Shown here: piece by piece, positions 40,444 through 52,361 of the stretch | Layout: each line of letters starts with the position of its first letter | How positions within the stretch are numbered: position 1 is the first letter of the stretch | DNA from: Planctomycetota bacterium | GTDB taxonomy: Bacteria; Planctomycetota; UBA1135; UBA2386 | DNA length: 64,000 bases | Direction: 5' to 3' | NCBI GenBank assembly: GCA_965228735.1 | Contig: OZ245838.1 | Coordinates: 5,408,001-5,472,000, forward strand | Translations under genes and position numbers: made by a program | Notes under the pieces: generated by a model | Told to the model about the DNA's origin: nothing | What the model saw: the letters and a program-made list of their open reading frames with translations, nothing else | The model's database searches: none

Positions 40444-43017
40444 TCAGCGCGGCAGCGCGAACGTCGTCTCGCGGCCGGCTGTAACCGTGAACCGCGTCTC
40501 GTGCGGGCCGCCGGGGCTGGCCGTGAGCCATACGTAGTCGCCGGGTGCGAGGCGGAACTCGCCGTCGTTCGCATCACTGCTCGACAGCGCGATCCGGCGG
40601 TCGACGTCGCCCGCGATGCGGTAGAGCTCCCATTCGTCGGGCAGCGCGATCCTGGCGCCCGTCGCGTCGGCCTCGATCTGCCCCGGGACCGTCACGATCT
40701 CGGTCGGGACGAGGTCGAACCGCCCGTTGACGATGGTGGAGAGGTCGATCGGGCCATTGTCGATCGAGCCCGCGTCGCTCGAGCCCGCGTCGCTCGAGCC
40801 AGTGTCGCTCGAGACCGGCTCGACCGCGGCCGGGTCGCGCCGCGCGGCGTCGATCCGAACGAGTCCGGGACGGCCCAGCTCGACGACGCCGAGGTCGCAG
40901 TCGTTGCTGCCGTCGGCCCAGTGGCGGCCGGCGTCCAGCGTGCCGGTCAACGGGTGGAACAGCTCCACGCGGTAGAAGCCGGCGGGCAGTCGTGGCAGGC
41001 GCCACGGCTTGCCCTTGTCGGGCACCTCGAGCACGGTGCCGACGCCGTGCTCGGTATCCCAGACCCGGATGCTGAGCGCGCTCGACAACGGCTCGTCAGC
41101 GGTCGGCCGCAGGCTCAGCGTGCTCGCGCCCGTGACCTGCAGCACCGTCTCGCCGCCGCCCGGCAGGACCTCGCGGGCCGCTGCGATCGGCAGGCCGCCC
41201 TGCTTCGTCCACAGCGTGATCGTCCCCAACGCGCCCGGCAGGTTCGCGAGCACGAACGTGCCGTCCTTGTCGGTCTTCGTGCGGGTGCACCACGAACCGT
41301 CGTCGGCGCGCCACACGACGGGCGCGTCCGCGATCGGCGTGCCGTCCACGCCGAGCGCGCGGCCCGCGATCGAAGCGCCGAGCGCCAGGTGCAGGTCGAC
41401 CGGCGTCGTGCCCGTGCCGGCGACGGTCACCGCGGGGAGCGCGGCCAGGCCGTGGCGATCTCCACCCGCGCGCACCGTGAACTCGGCCGCTTGCAGATCG
41501 GTGAACTCGTACTCACCGTGCTCGTTCGTCTCGGTGGTCGCGACGAGTTGTTCGCCGAGCATCAGCGCGACGGTCGTCTTCTTGGCCGGTTCGCCCGCAG
41601 CGTCGAACACGGTGCCCGCCACCGCCGCCTTCGCGGGTGCTTCGGCAGTGGCGTCGTCGGCCTCGGGTTTCTCCACGTCGACCCGCCCGTAGAAGATCAT
41701 CTGCCCGGTGTCCGTCGTGCTGAGGTTGATGGGCGAGCTGCCGACCGGAGCTTCGCGGTGCGCCGGGATCGAGAACCGGGCGCCGGGGTGCAGGCCGGCC
41801 GCCATCCTTGGCCGCCGCCCTGGCGTGTGGATCGTGTAGCGCACGTTCTGAAAGCTGCGCACGAGGGTCAGCGTGGCGCTGCGCATGTAGCGCCGGCTCT
41901 TCCGCGGCGCGAGCACCGCGATCGCCGCGGCGCGGTCCGCATGCAGCTCGATCTCGCGGAGCGCGCCGGTGTCGTCCGTGATCACGAACTTCGCGCTCGG
42001 CGTGCGCGCCGGAACCGTGACGCGAAGCCGGCCGTCGGCGCCCGATGAGTCCTCGGACTGGTTGAGCACCCCGTCCCTGGGGCCGATCGCGAGGCGTTCC
42101 CCTTCGACCGGCAGGCCGAGGTCGTCGACGAAGCGGACGTCGAGCGTCAGCTCGAACGGGTGGACGAGGTCGGCGATCGCCGGCTTCGGCGTCGTCGCCG
42201 CATCGCGCACGAGCTCGTTCGCGGGCTCGGCGTTGCCGGCGACCTGCGCCGCCATTGCGGCGGGCGGGGTGCCGCCGGGCGCCGGCGCGCCGCCGGTCGG
42301 CGGCGTCGGGTCCGAGCCCGTGGCGAACAGGACGATGGAGATGGTCGTGATGGCGCCCGCGGCGACGGCGAGCTTGGTGGTCGTTCCCATGAGGAGGGGT
42401 CCCAGCAGAGTTCCGGTCGAGGTCACGGCCACTCCGGTGCCCGTCGTCGGCAGGGCGAACGCGCCGGCCAGGGCGAGGCGCCACTGCCGTCGCTGCCCGC
42501 CGGACCGTTGGTCGAGTCGGGCCCGCAGCATGCCCAGGCCACGCTGCAGCCGACTCTTCACGGTCGCGATCTTGGCGCCCGTCCGACGGGCGATCGCACG
42601 CGGCGGCAGGTCTTCGAAGTAGCGCAGAAAGACCGTCGTCTGGTACGGCTCGTCCAACTCGAGCACGGCGTCCGTCACGTGGCGCAGGATTTCGCGACGC
42701 CCGGCGGCCGCGGCCGGGTCGGACTCGCGATTCGCCGGCTCGCGCCCGGCCGCGATGTGCTCGCGGTTGGCTCGGCGGCGGTCGGCGCGATGGCGCTGCC
42801 GCGTGAAGTTCTGCAGCGTGCGCGCAAGCCAGCCGCCCATCGGGCCGGGCTCGGGCTCGTGCCGCAACGCCTGGCAGAGCGTGTCCTGCACCGCATCGTC
42901 GGCCGCGTGCGCGTCGCGAACGAGCGCGCGGGCCATGGTTCGCAGGCCGCGCGCGTGGCGCAGCACTTCGTGCTCGATGTCGGTCGGGTGGCCCATACGG
43001 CGGTCTGTCAGACCCAT
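40444..43017 (-). CDS. ECF sigma factor with transmembrane helix and large C-terminal beta-sandwich extension
   Basis: ADDAVQDT, GWL, LRYFEDLPPRAIA, TVKSRLQRG; then TM segment and carboxypeptidase-regulatory-like repeats. Confidence 0.87.
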   Translation of the reverse strand: MGLTDRRMGHPTDIEHEVLRHARGLRTMARALVRDAHAADDAVQDTLCQALRHEPEPGPMGGWLARTLQNFTRQRHRADRRRANREHIAAGREPANRESDPAAAAGRREILRHVTDAVLELDEPYQTTVFLRYFEDLPPRAIARRTGAKIATVKSRLQRGLGMLRARLDQRSGGQRRQWRLALAGAFALPTTGTGVAVTSTGTLLGPLLMGTTTKLAVAAGAITTISIVLFATGSDPTPPTGGAPAPGGTPPAAMAAQVAGNAEPANELVRDAATTPKPAIADLVHPFELTLDVRFVDDLGLPVEGERLAIGPRDGVLNQSEDSSGADGRLRVTVPARTPSAKFVITDDTGALREIELHADRAAAIAVLAPRKSRRYMRSATLTLVRSFQNVRYTIHTPGRRPRMAAGLHPGARFSIPAHREAPVGSSPINLSTTDTGQMIFYGRVDVEKPEADDATAEAPAKAAVAGTVFDAAGEPAKKTTVALMLGEQLVATTETNEHGEYEFTDLQAAEFTVRAGGDRHGLAALPAVTVAGTGTTPVDLHLALGASIAGRALGVDGTPIADAPVVWRADDGSWCTRTKTDKDGTFVLANLPGALGTITLWTKQGGLPIAAAREVLPGGGETVLQVTGASTLSLRPTADEPLSSALSIRVWDTEHGVGTVLEVPDKGKPWRLPRLPAGFYRVELFHPLTGTLDAGRHWADGSNDCDLGVVELGRPGLVRIDAARRDPAAVEPVSSDTGSSDAGSSDAGSIDNGPIDLSTIVNGRFDLVPTEIVTVPGQIEADATGARIALPDEWELYRIAGDVDRRIALSSSDANDGEFRLAPGDYVWLTASPGGPHETRFTVTAGRETTFALPR

Positions 43018-43111
43018 GCCGCAACGGCCGGATCGGATGCAGGCTCCGCCAAAAAAATACCGACTCGGCCCCCGTTCCGCGCCGATGGGTGCGGGAGTCG
43101 GGTGCTGGCGC

Positions 43112-44629
<1,518 letters not shown>

Positions 44630-44771
44630 CCGCGGCACGATAGCACCTGATCTGCTGCGGCTCGCCGCATTCCGCGTGGCTTGGCTCCGGCCCCGCCGTC
44701 AGCTATCGTCGCGCCGCTGCCCGCACTCGCGCCTCGCGCGCGGGGTCTCCACTGCATTCCACGGAGCTGCT

Positions 44772-47414
44772 TTGCAACCGTCTCTGCTCGCGTGTTCGGC
44801 CATCGCCGCTGCGATGGTCCTGTCGTCGTCCCTGCCGGCCCAGTGGGTCACGTTCGTCGACGAGACCAGCACCCGCCTCGTCGCCAGTCCCGGCGTCGGC
44901 GTCAACGACCCCGAGGAGAAGGACTACGCCTGGGCCGACTTCGACCAGGACGGCGACACCGACCTCGTGTGCGTTCGCAAGCAGCCGTTCACGTCGACCG
45001 GCAAGTTCCCGAACGTGCTCTTCATGAACGAGAACGGCGTGCTCACCGATCGCACGGCGACGCTCGCGAGCGCGTCCACGGTGGCCGGCAGCAGCGGCTT
45101 CCTCGATGCGACCAACGATCGCGACGTCGTCGCCGTCGACGTCAACGGCGACGGGTGGATCGATCTCGTCACGGCGACGACGCTGACCCAGAACGACCCG
45201 CAGTACATCCGGGTGCCGCGCGTCTACATCAACCAGGGGCTCGATGCGCAGAACGTCTGGCAGGGTTTCCTGTACGACGACGTCACGCGCATCGACGACC
45301 TAGCCTACGGCTGGCAGGGCGAGCATCGCTTCTGCTCCGTCAGCGCGGGGGACATCGACGGCGATGGTGACGAGGACCTCTATTTCGGGGACTACGAGCA
45401 GGGTGGCAGTCGCAGCGTCGACGTCAACGACCGTCTGCTGATCAACGACGGCACCGGCTACTTCACCGACGAGTCAGCCCAGCGCATGTCGGTGGCGATG
45501 CTCGATTCGGACTTTGCGATGGCGTCGGCGATCGTCGACATGAACGGCGATGGCAAGCTCGACATCGTTCGGGACAACGCGCTCAGTCCACCACAGGCCG
45601 TCACAATCAGCTACAACGATACGTCGACCGAGGGGTTCTTCGGCTCCTACGAAACCGCCTACGGCGGCTTCGCGCCGTACCACTTCGCTGTCGGTGACCT
45701 CAACAACGACGGCCTGCCCGACCTCGTCGTCACGGACGACAACGCCGACCGGTACATGCTGCACGCCGGCAACGGGCCAAACGGGCTCGCGACGTTCTCG
45801 CCCTCGCGGACGTTCTCGTTCGTCGGTGGTGGCTCCGACGACGGGTTCGGCGGCAACAACCTGATCGTCGATCTCGACAACGACGGCTGGCGCGACGTGA
45901 TCATCACGGACGTCGACGTCGACGTGGCGAGCTCGGCGAACCGCCGGTGTCACATCTATCGCAACCTTGGCGACGCGCCGGACGTCACGCTGCAGGAGCA
46001 GCAGCAGGGCGGCTTCGTCTGCGGCATCAATACCGCGGATCTGCGCGGGTCGCACGACGTCGCGGTGTTCGACATCGACGGCGACGGCTGGCAGGACATG
46101 GTCCTCGGTCGCGAGGTCGGGACGCGGGTCTTCATGAACGACCCGCCTGCCGGGCTCGCCATCGCGTATCCGCTCGGGCTGGTCGCGCGAGTCGCGCCGG
46201 GGACGATCACGACGCTGTACGTGAACGCCACCGGCATCGGGTCCGTCGTGCCGGCGGCCGGCACCGGCGAGTTGCACTACTCGATCAACGGTTCGTCCTT
46301 CCAGTCGATCCCGATGCGCGACGAGGGGCCGGGTCAACAATCGGGGAGGCTCTATTCGGTCAAGCTGCCGCGTCTGCTGACGTGCGGCGACCGCATGCGC
46401 TTCTACATCTCGATCGACGACCAGCAGTCGACGGCCTGGCTCGATCCGGTCGGCGGCGCGGCCGCGGCCTACGAGGTCGTCGCGCAGACCGGCGAGTCGG
46501 TGATCTACGAGAACAACTTCGAGAACGGTGCGGTCGGCTGGACCGTCGTGAACGACCCGTCGCTGACGACGGGCGCGTGGGAGGTCGCCGATCCCAATCC
46601 GACCGTGTTGAGCGGGCAGATCGCGGCGCCGGCCGACGACGCGGAGGCCGGGGCGGCGTCGTTCTGCTTCGTGACGGAGAACGGGCCGGTGGGCAACACG
46701 TCCGCGGGCCTCGCCGACGTCGACGGTGGGCCGACCGATCTGATCTCGCCCGTTTTCGACCTCGACGGCGCCGACGGCACGCTCACCTACTCGCGCTGGT
46801 TCTTCTCGAGCGGGGCCGACACGCTCGACGTCGCGATCACGGCGGACGGCAGCAGCTGGGTGCCGCTCGAGGCCGTGACCGGCAGCGGCAACAACAACTG
46901 GTCCGTGCGCACGTTCCGCGTCAGCGACTTCGTGACGCCGTCGGCGACGATGCAGGTCCGGTTCCGCACGCACGACGTGGACCCCGGTTCGATCGTGGAG
47001 GCCGGCATCGACGTGTTCCGGGTCACCGGGTTCCTCTGCGAGTGCGCGCCGATCTGTCAGCTCGACGTCGGGCTCAAGGGGCCCGGCACCGCGAACTTCG
47101 GCGGCGAGGTCGACCTGCCGCCGAACGGGCCGCCAGCCGTCGACTTCGTCGTCACGGGCGCACCGGCCGGCGCCGCGGGCTGGATCCTCGCGAGCTTCGA
47201 TCTCGACCCGGCGCCGCTGCTCGGCGGTCGGGTCATCGATCTCGAACCGTTCGTGATCCTGCCGTTCATCGCCGACGGTAACGGCGAGTACGGCCTCTAC
47301 GACGTGACCGGCGGGTTCGGCCCGCTGCGGTTCTACGCGCAGAGCGTCTACCTGCTCGGCAGCGCTCCGTTCGGCGTCGGCATCACCAACGGTCTCCGCA
47401 TCGACTTCCCGTAA
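44772..47414 (+). CDS. Secreted FG-GAP/VCBS repeat protein with jelly-roll domain and shared C-terminal domain
   Basis: Repeated D(F/V/I)DxDGxxD motifs; NFENG..GW domain; TTG start after GGAG (approximate). Confidence 0.85.
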   Translation: MQPSLLACSAIAAAMVLSSSLPAQWVTFVDETSTRLVASPGVGVNDPEEKDYAWADFDQDGDTDLVCVRKQPFTSTGKFPNVLFMNENGVLTDRTATLASASTVAGSSGFLDATNDRDVVAVDVNGDGWIDLVTATTLTQNDPQYIRVPRVYINQGLDAQNVWQGFLYDDVTRIDDLAYGWQGEHRFCSVSAGDIDGDGDEDLYFGDYEQGGSRSVDVNDRLLINDGTGYFTDESAQRMSVAMLDSDFAMASAIVDMNGDGKLDIVRDNALSPPQAVTISYNDTSTEGFFGSYETAYGGFAPYHFAVGDLNNDGLPDLVVTDDNADRYMLHAGNGPNGLATFSPSRTFSFVGGGSDDGFGGNNLIVDLDNDGWRDVIITDVDVDVASSANRRCHIYRNLGDAPDVTLQEQQQGGFVCGINTADLRGSHDVAVFDIDGDGWQDMVLGREVGTRVFMNDPPAGLAIAYPLGLVARVAPGTITTLYVNATGIGSVVPAAGTGELHYSINGSSFQSIPMRDEGPGQQSGRLYSVKLPRLLTCGDRMRFYISIDDQQSTAWLDPVGGAAAAYEVVAQTGESVIYENNFENGAVGWTVVNDPSLTTGAWEVADPNPTVLSGQIAAPADDAEAGAASFCFVTENGPVGNTSAGLADVDGGPTDLISPVFDLDGADGTLTYSRWFFSSGADTLDVAITADGSSWVPLEAVTGSGNNNWSVRTFRVSDFVTPSATMQVRFRTHDVDPGSIVEAGIDVFRVTGFLCECAPICQLDVGLKGPGTANFGGEVDLPPNGPPAVDFVVTGAPAGAAGWILASFDLDPAPLLGGRVIDLEPFVILPFIADGNGEYGLYDVTGGFGPLRFYAQSVYLLGSAPFGVGITNGLRIDFP

Positions 47415-47432
47415 GCCTGCCCGGCTCTCGCC

Positions 47433-49286
47433 ATGATTCCTCATCCGTTCACGTCGCTGGCCGTCGGGCTCGCGGCCACGCTCGCGCTGCCGGCACAGAA
47501 CGTGCCGCAGCCGCCGATGGGCGCCCCGCTGCACGGTCTCGACGCCGCGCAGCGCGCCCGGTTCGACGCCGGCGACGCCGACTTCCGCAAGACCTTCCAG
47601 AACGCCGAAGGTCTCGGGCCGATCTTCAACGACCAGTCGTGCGCGACGTGCCACAACAACCCGGTCGGTGGGCCGGGCTCGATCACGGTCACGCGCTTCG
47701 GCCTCTACGATCCGAAGGGTGTCGGCTGGGATCCGTTGACGGCGCTCGGCGGGTCGCTGCTGCAGGCCGCGGCGATCGATCCGGCGTGCGTCGAGAGCCT
47801 GCCGAGCACCGCGACCAATATCGCGCAGCGCGTGACGACGTCGACGCTCGGCATCGGACTCATCGAGGCGATCCCGGATGCGGACCTGCTGTTCCTCGTC
47901 AACAACCCGCCGAGCCCGGCCGTCAGCGGGCGGGCGCACATGGTCGTGCCGCTCGAGGCGCCGACCGGGCCGGCGCGCGTCGGCCGCTTCGGGTGGAAGT
48001 CGCAGCTCGCTACGGTGCTGAGCTTCTCCGGCGACGCGACGCTGATGGAGATCGGGATCACCAACCGGCTCGTGCCGCAGGAGCAGGCGCCGAACGGCAA
48101 CACGGCGTTGCTCGCCGCGTGGGACAACGTGCCCGACCCCGAGGACGGCCCCGATCCGCAGGGGCTGCACTTCATCGATCGCGTGACCGACTTCCAGCGC
48201 TACCTCGCGCCGCCGCCGCAGACTCCGCGGTCCGGCATGACGGGCGAGCAGCTGTTCGTCAGCGTCGGCTGCGCCGACTGTCACGTGCAGAGCTTCACGA
48301 CGAGCAGTGATCCGGCGCTCGAACCGGCGCTGCGTGGTCGCGCGATCCGGCCGTACTCGGACTTCCTCCTGCACGACATGGGGTTGAACAGCGACTTCAT
48401 CGGGCAGGGCCTCGCGGAGCTGCAGGAGATGCGGACGCCGCCGCTCTGGGGCGTGCGCACGCGCGACCCGATGTGGCATGACGGGCGCGTCGCGGGCGGC
48501 ACGTTCGAGGACCGGATCCGCGGTGCCGGTGGTGCGGTCGCGTTGCACGACGCGTTCGGCAGCGAAGGTGCGGCGTCGGCGCAGGCGTTCTTCGCGCTCG
48601 CGCTCGCGGACCAGCAGCGGATCGTCGCGTTCCTCGATTCGCTCGGTCGCCGGGAGTTCGACGGCAACGGCGATGGCGAGCTCGACCACGACGACTGGGT
48701 CATGTTCGTCAGCGCGCGCGGCGGGTCGGTGACCCCTGATGATCCGCGCGCGGTGTTCGACTTCGATCAGGACGGCGACGTCGACAACGACGACTACGAT
48801 GTCTTCGCGACCGTCTACGAGGAGGACTGCAACGGCAACCTCGTGAGCGATCTGCTCGACATCCAGAACGGCACGAGCACCGACGTCAACTTCAACGGGC
48901 GGCCGGACGAGTGTGAGCACTGTCAGACGGACCTCGGTCAGGGCGGCGGCGGCACGGCCGCGCTGTCGATCTGCGGCGACGATCTGACGACCGCGAGTTC
49001 GCGGGCCGCGCTGCGCATCACCGGCGCTGCGCCGGGGGCGACGGTCGTCTTCGTCGCGGCGCTCACCCAGAACCCGTGGGAGATCGTGCCGGGCGAGTTC
49101 GTCGTCCCGACGGTGCCGGCGCCCGTCGCCGTGTTCGTCGGCTCCGCGGACGGCAGCGGCGCGTTCTTCCAGCTCGTCGGCGGCAACGCCGGCGGCACGG
49201 CCGTGACCTGGGTGTTCCAGGCCGGCACGCTCGACGCGGGCGTCCTCGACATGACGAACGCGTTGGCGGTCGAGCTGTCGTATTGA
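47433..49286 (+). CDS. Di-heme oxidoreductase family (DUF1111-like) protein with dockerin/EF-hand-like repeats and CTD
   Basis: GLGPIFN, CATCH and CADCH heme motifs, GRFGWK, YSDFLLHDMG, RTPPLWG, HDGR. Confidence 0.88.
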   Translation: MIPHPFTSLAVGLAATLALPAQNVPQPPMGAPLHGLDAAQRARFDAGDADFRKTFQNAEGLGPIFNDQSCATCHNNPVGGPGSITVTRFGLYDPKGVGWDPLTALGGSLLQAAAIDPACVESLPSTATNIAQRVTTSTLGIGLIEAIPDADLLFLVNNPPSPAVSGRAHMVVPLEAPTGPARVGRFGWKSQLATVLSFSGDATLMEIGITNRLVPQEQAPNGNTALLAAWDNVPDPEDGPDPQGLHFIDRVTDFQRYLAPPPQTPRSGMTGEQLFVSVGCADCHVQSFTTSSDPALEPALRGRAIRPYSDFLLHDMGLNSDFIGQGLAELQEMRTPPLWGVRTRDPMWHDGRVAGGTFEDRIRGAGGAVALHDAFGSEGAASAQAFFALALADQQRIVAFLDSLGRREFDGNGDGELDHDDWVMFVSARGGSVTPDDPRAVFDFDQDGDVDNDDYDVFATVYEEDCNGNLVSDLLDIQNGTSTDVNFNGRPDECEHCQTDLGQGGGGTAALSICGDDLTTASSRAALRITGAAPGATVVFVAALTQNPWEIVPGEFVVPTVPAPVAVFVGSADGSGAFFQLVGGNAGGTAVTWVFQAGTLDAGVLDMTNALAVELSY

Positions 49287-49293
49287 GCGCCGC

Positions 49294-52275
49294 ATGAGGT
49301 TGCTCGGCTCCCGGTCCTGGACCGCCCTCGCGGCCCTCGTCCTGGTCGCGCCGGCGATCGCGCAGAACCCGATCGCCGAACGGCTCGATCCACGAACGGA
49401 TCCCGAGTGGCGCAGCGAAGCGCTCGCGGCGGCGGCGGGCGAGCGGTTGCAGTCGACCCTCACGGATGCGCTGGGACGGGCGGCGGACGAGGCGGCGACC
49501 CTGCCGGCAGTGCGAGAATGGGCCCGGCCGTTGCGCGGCGCCGTCGTCCGCACCAAGGTCAAGCTGTTGTCGGCGGATGTCGACGGCGCGACGTTGACGA
49601 CCCGCGCGCGGATCGAGGCCTTCGGGCAGCGCGCATCGGGAGCGGGGGCGCCGCCCCCATTGCAGTCGCCCGCCACGCAATCGCCACTCGTGCAGTCGGT
49701 CGCGAACTGGCGCGTCACGTGGTCGATCGGCGAGAACGGCGAGCTCGCGCTGGAATCGATCGCGGCGGTTGGCAGCGAGCGGGCCGCCGCCGAACGCGTC
49801 TGGTTCGCCGAGGTGACGGCTGCGGTGCTCGGCCCCGAGCTGGCAGGGAAGCCGGAGCTGCGCTTCGGCGGCAGCTACTGGGCGGGCCGCGTGGATCACG
49901 TCGGTGAGTCCGCGCGGATGGGGCACCAGGGCGTGGCGGTCGGCGACGTCGATGGCGACGGTCGCGAGGACGTCTACGTCGGGATGCCGAACGGTCTGCC
50001 CAACCTGCTGCTGCGGCGACGCGCCGACGGCACGTTCGAGGACATCGCGGCGGCTGCCGGCGTCGCGTTCCTCGACGACACCAAGGGTGTGCTGCTGCTC
50101 GACCTCGACGGCGACGGCGACGACGATCTCGTCCTGGCGATCGGCCCGTTCCTGCTGCTCTGCGATGGCGACGGCGCGGGTCGCTTCCGCCCGGCGCATC
50201 GGCTGCAGGCGCCGACGGGTGGCGCGTTCTATCACGTCACTGCTGTCGACTTCGATCGCGACGGCGACCTCGACCTCTACGGCTGCCGCTACGTCGAGGA
50301 GGCCTACGCCGAGAGCGTGCCGTTGCCGTATCACGCCGCGGAGAACGGGCCTCGCAACCTGCTGTTCCGCAACGACGGCGAAGGCGGCTTCACGGACGTG
50401 ACCGCGGCGGTCGGCCTCGACGCCAACAACACGCGCTTCAGCACGGCGGCGGCGTGGGCCGACTACGACGACGACGGCGACGTGGACCTCTACGTCAGCA
50501 ACGACTTCGGCCGCAACAATCTCTATCGCAATGACGACGGGCGCTTCGTGGATGTCGCAGCCGACGCCGGGGTCGAGGATCAGGGTGCCGGCATGGGGGT
50601 CGCGTTCGCCGACGTCGACGCGGACGGCGACCTCGATCTCTACGTGACCAACATGTTCTCGTCGGCGGGTCACCGCATCGGTTCGCTGCCGGCGTTCCAG
50701 GCCGGCATGAACGCGGCGGAACGCGGCGCGCTGCTGGGCCTGAGCCGCGGCAACTCGCTGTTCCTCAACGCGGGTGACGGCACGTTCGTGCGGGCGCCGG
50801 ACGCCGGTGTGCGCATGGGGCGGTGGGGCTGGGGCGCGCGCTTCGTCGACCTCGACACCGACGGGCTGCCCGACATCGTCGCGCCCAACGGCTTCCTCAC
50901 GGGGCGGCCCGAGGCGGCGGACTGTTGAAGCCTGTTCTGGCGGCGCGTGGCGTCGCAGACCCCATCGACGGTCGAGGTGCTGCAGGCGGGCGTTGCCGCG
51001 CCGGCGACGCTCGACGAGTACCTGCGCGGTTGGGCTGCGCTCGCTGAGCTGATCGAGCGCGACGTGTCATGGAGCGGGCACGAGCGGAACTGCGCGTTCT
51101 CGAATCGCGGTGATGGCACCTTCGCGGACGTCTCCGCGATCTCGGGTCTCGACTTCGACGACGACGGGCGCGCGTGCGTCGCGCTCGACCTCGACCAGGA
51201 CGGCGACCTCGACCTGCTGTTCAAGAACCGCTCGGGCCCGCAGCTGCGGGTGCTCGCGAACGAACAATTCGATGACCGGTCCGCGCTCGCCGTCCGGCTC
51301 GTCGACCCGACGTGCAAGAACCGCGACGCGATCGGCGCGCGGGTCACGGTGCGCGCTGGCGATCACGGACTGGTGCGCTTTCTCGTGGCCGGCGACGGTT
51401 ACCTCTCGCAGTCGTCACGGTGGTTGCACTTCGGTTCGGTCGACGCGACCTCGGGGTTCGAGCTCACGGTGCGTTGGCCCGATGGCGAATCCGAACGGAT
51501 CACCAAGCAGCAGTTCGACGCGGACCGTCAGTTGGCGCGGCTCACGATCGTGCGCGGCCGCAGCGCGACGTGGAGCAGTGCCGCGACCCGCACGCCCTTG
51601 CCGACGACCTCGGGAGCTGCCAAGCCCGCCCCGCCCGATCGCGAGGCGATCGTGTTACGGAACCCGCTGCCGCTCTCGCCGACGCTGCAGCGCGCCGCGT
51701 TCCGCGGTCCGCCGCGGCGACCCGCGCTCCTTGGCCTGTGGGCGATGGGCAACGCCGAGAGCGAGCGGGCGATCACGGCGTTCGCGGGTTCGCAGGCTGC
51801 GCTGGAAACCGTTGCCGTCGACGTCGTGCTGCTCGGCCTGCACGACGGTGCTGAGCAGGCCGCGGCCGCGCGCCGGTTCGTCGAGCTCGCGGGCGACCGC
51901 ACGCCGGGCATGCGGCAGCGGCCGGCGAGTGCGGCGATGCGCGAGTGCATCGACGCGCTCGTGACCGCGATCGTGGGGCCGAGCGATGCCGCGACGGAGC
52001 CTGCGACGTATCTGCTCGTCGATGGGCAGGGGCGCGCTCAGGTCCTCTATCGCGCGGCGCCGACCGTCGCCGAGCTGCGCTACGACGTCGCGCGATTCGG
52101 TGGTGCGCAGGTCGATCCGACGCGCCGCAGCCGCCGATCCGGTCGCTGGGCGTTCGCCGTGCCGCGTGCTCTCGGTCCGCTCGTGCGGGACCTTGCCGCG
52201 CGCGGGCTGCGGCGGGACGCCGCGTTCTATCAGCAGCTCGATGCGGCCCGCCGCGGCGACCAGCCGCCCAAGTAG
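49294..52275 (+). CDS. CRTAC1-like FG-GAP plus ASPIC/UnbV plus redoxin-like protein; in-frame TGA at 50926-50928 (candidate selenocysteine)
   Basis: ORFs 49294-50928 and 50947-52275 are in the same frame separated only by one TGA; FG-GAP repeats continue across it; AIGARV...GYLSQS...LHFG...VRWPDG is the UnbV signature. Confidence 0.75.
50936..50959 (+). promoter_or_regulatory. Candidate bacterial SECIS hairpin
   Basis: TCT(G)GCGGCGC-GTG-GCGTCGCAGA; the loop begins with GU, 18 nt after the TGA. Confidence 0.6.
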
Positions 52276-52361
52276 GTTCCCCTTCCCGACGGGGTTGTCG
52301 CCAGTCGCCGGCCCCAGCAAGATCGTCTTCCCTGCCCGCCGCTCTCGCCCCGCCGTCACCC

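Noticed and set aside
40765..40815. 15-bp repeat inside the ECF gene
   Set aside because: An in-frame linker expansion (SSDAG) with no further significance.
45474..49718. 1414-aa minus-strand ORF and many other long antisense ORFs (e.g. 17677-19959, 24453-26384, 36067-37887)
   Set aside because: These are shadow ORFs of high-GC genes, with no motifs, overlapping well-supported CDS.
50926..50928. Genome-wide TGA reassignment (genetic code 4 or 25)
   Set aside because: TGA clearly terminates many genes here, including in ATGA/GTGA overlaps, so any readthrough must be site-specific.
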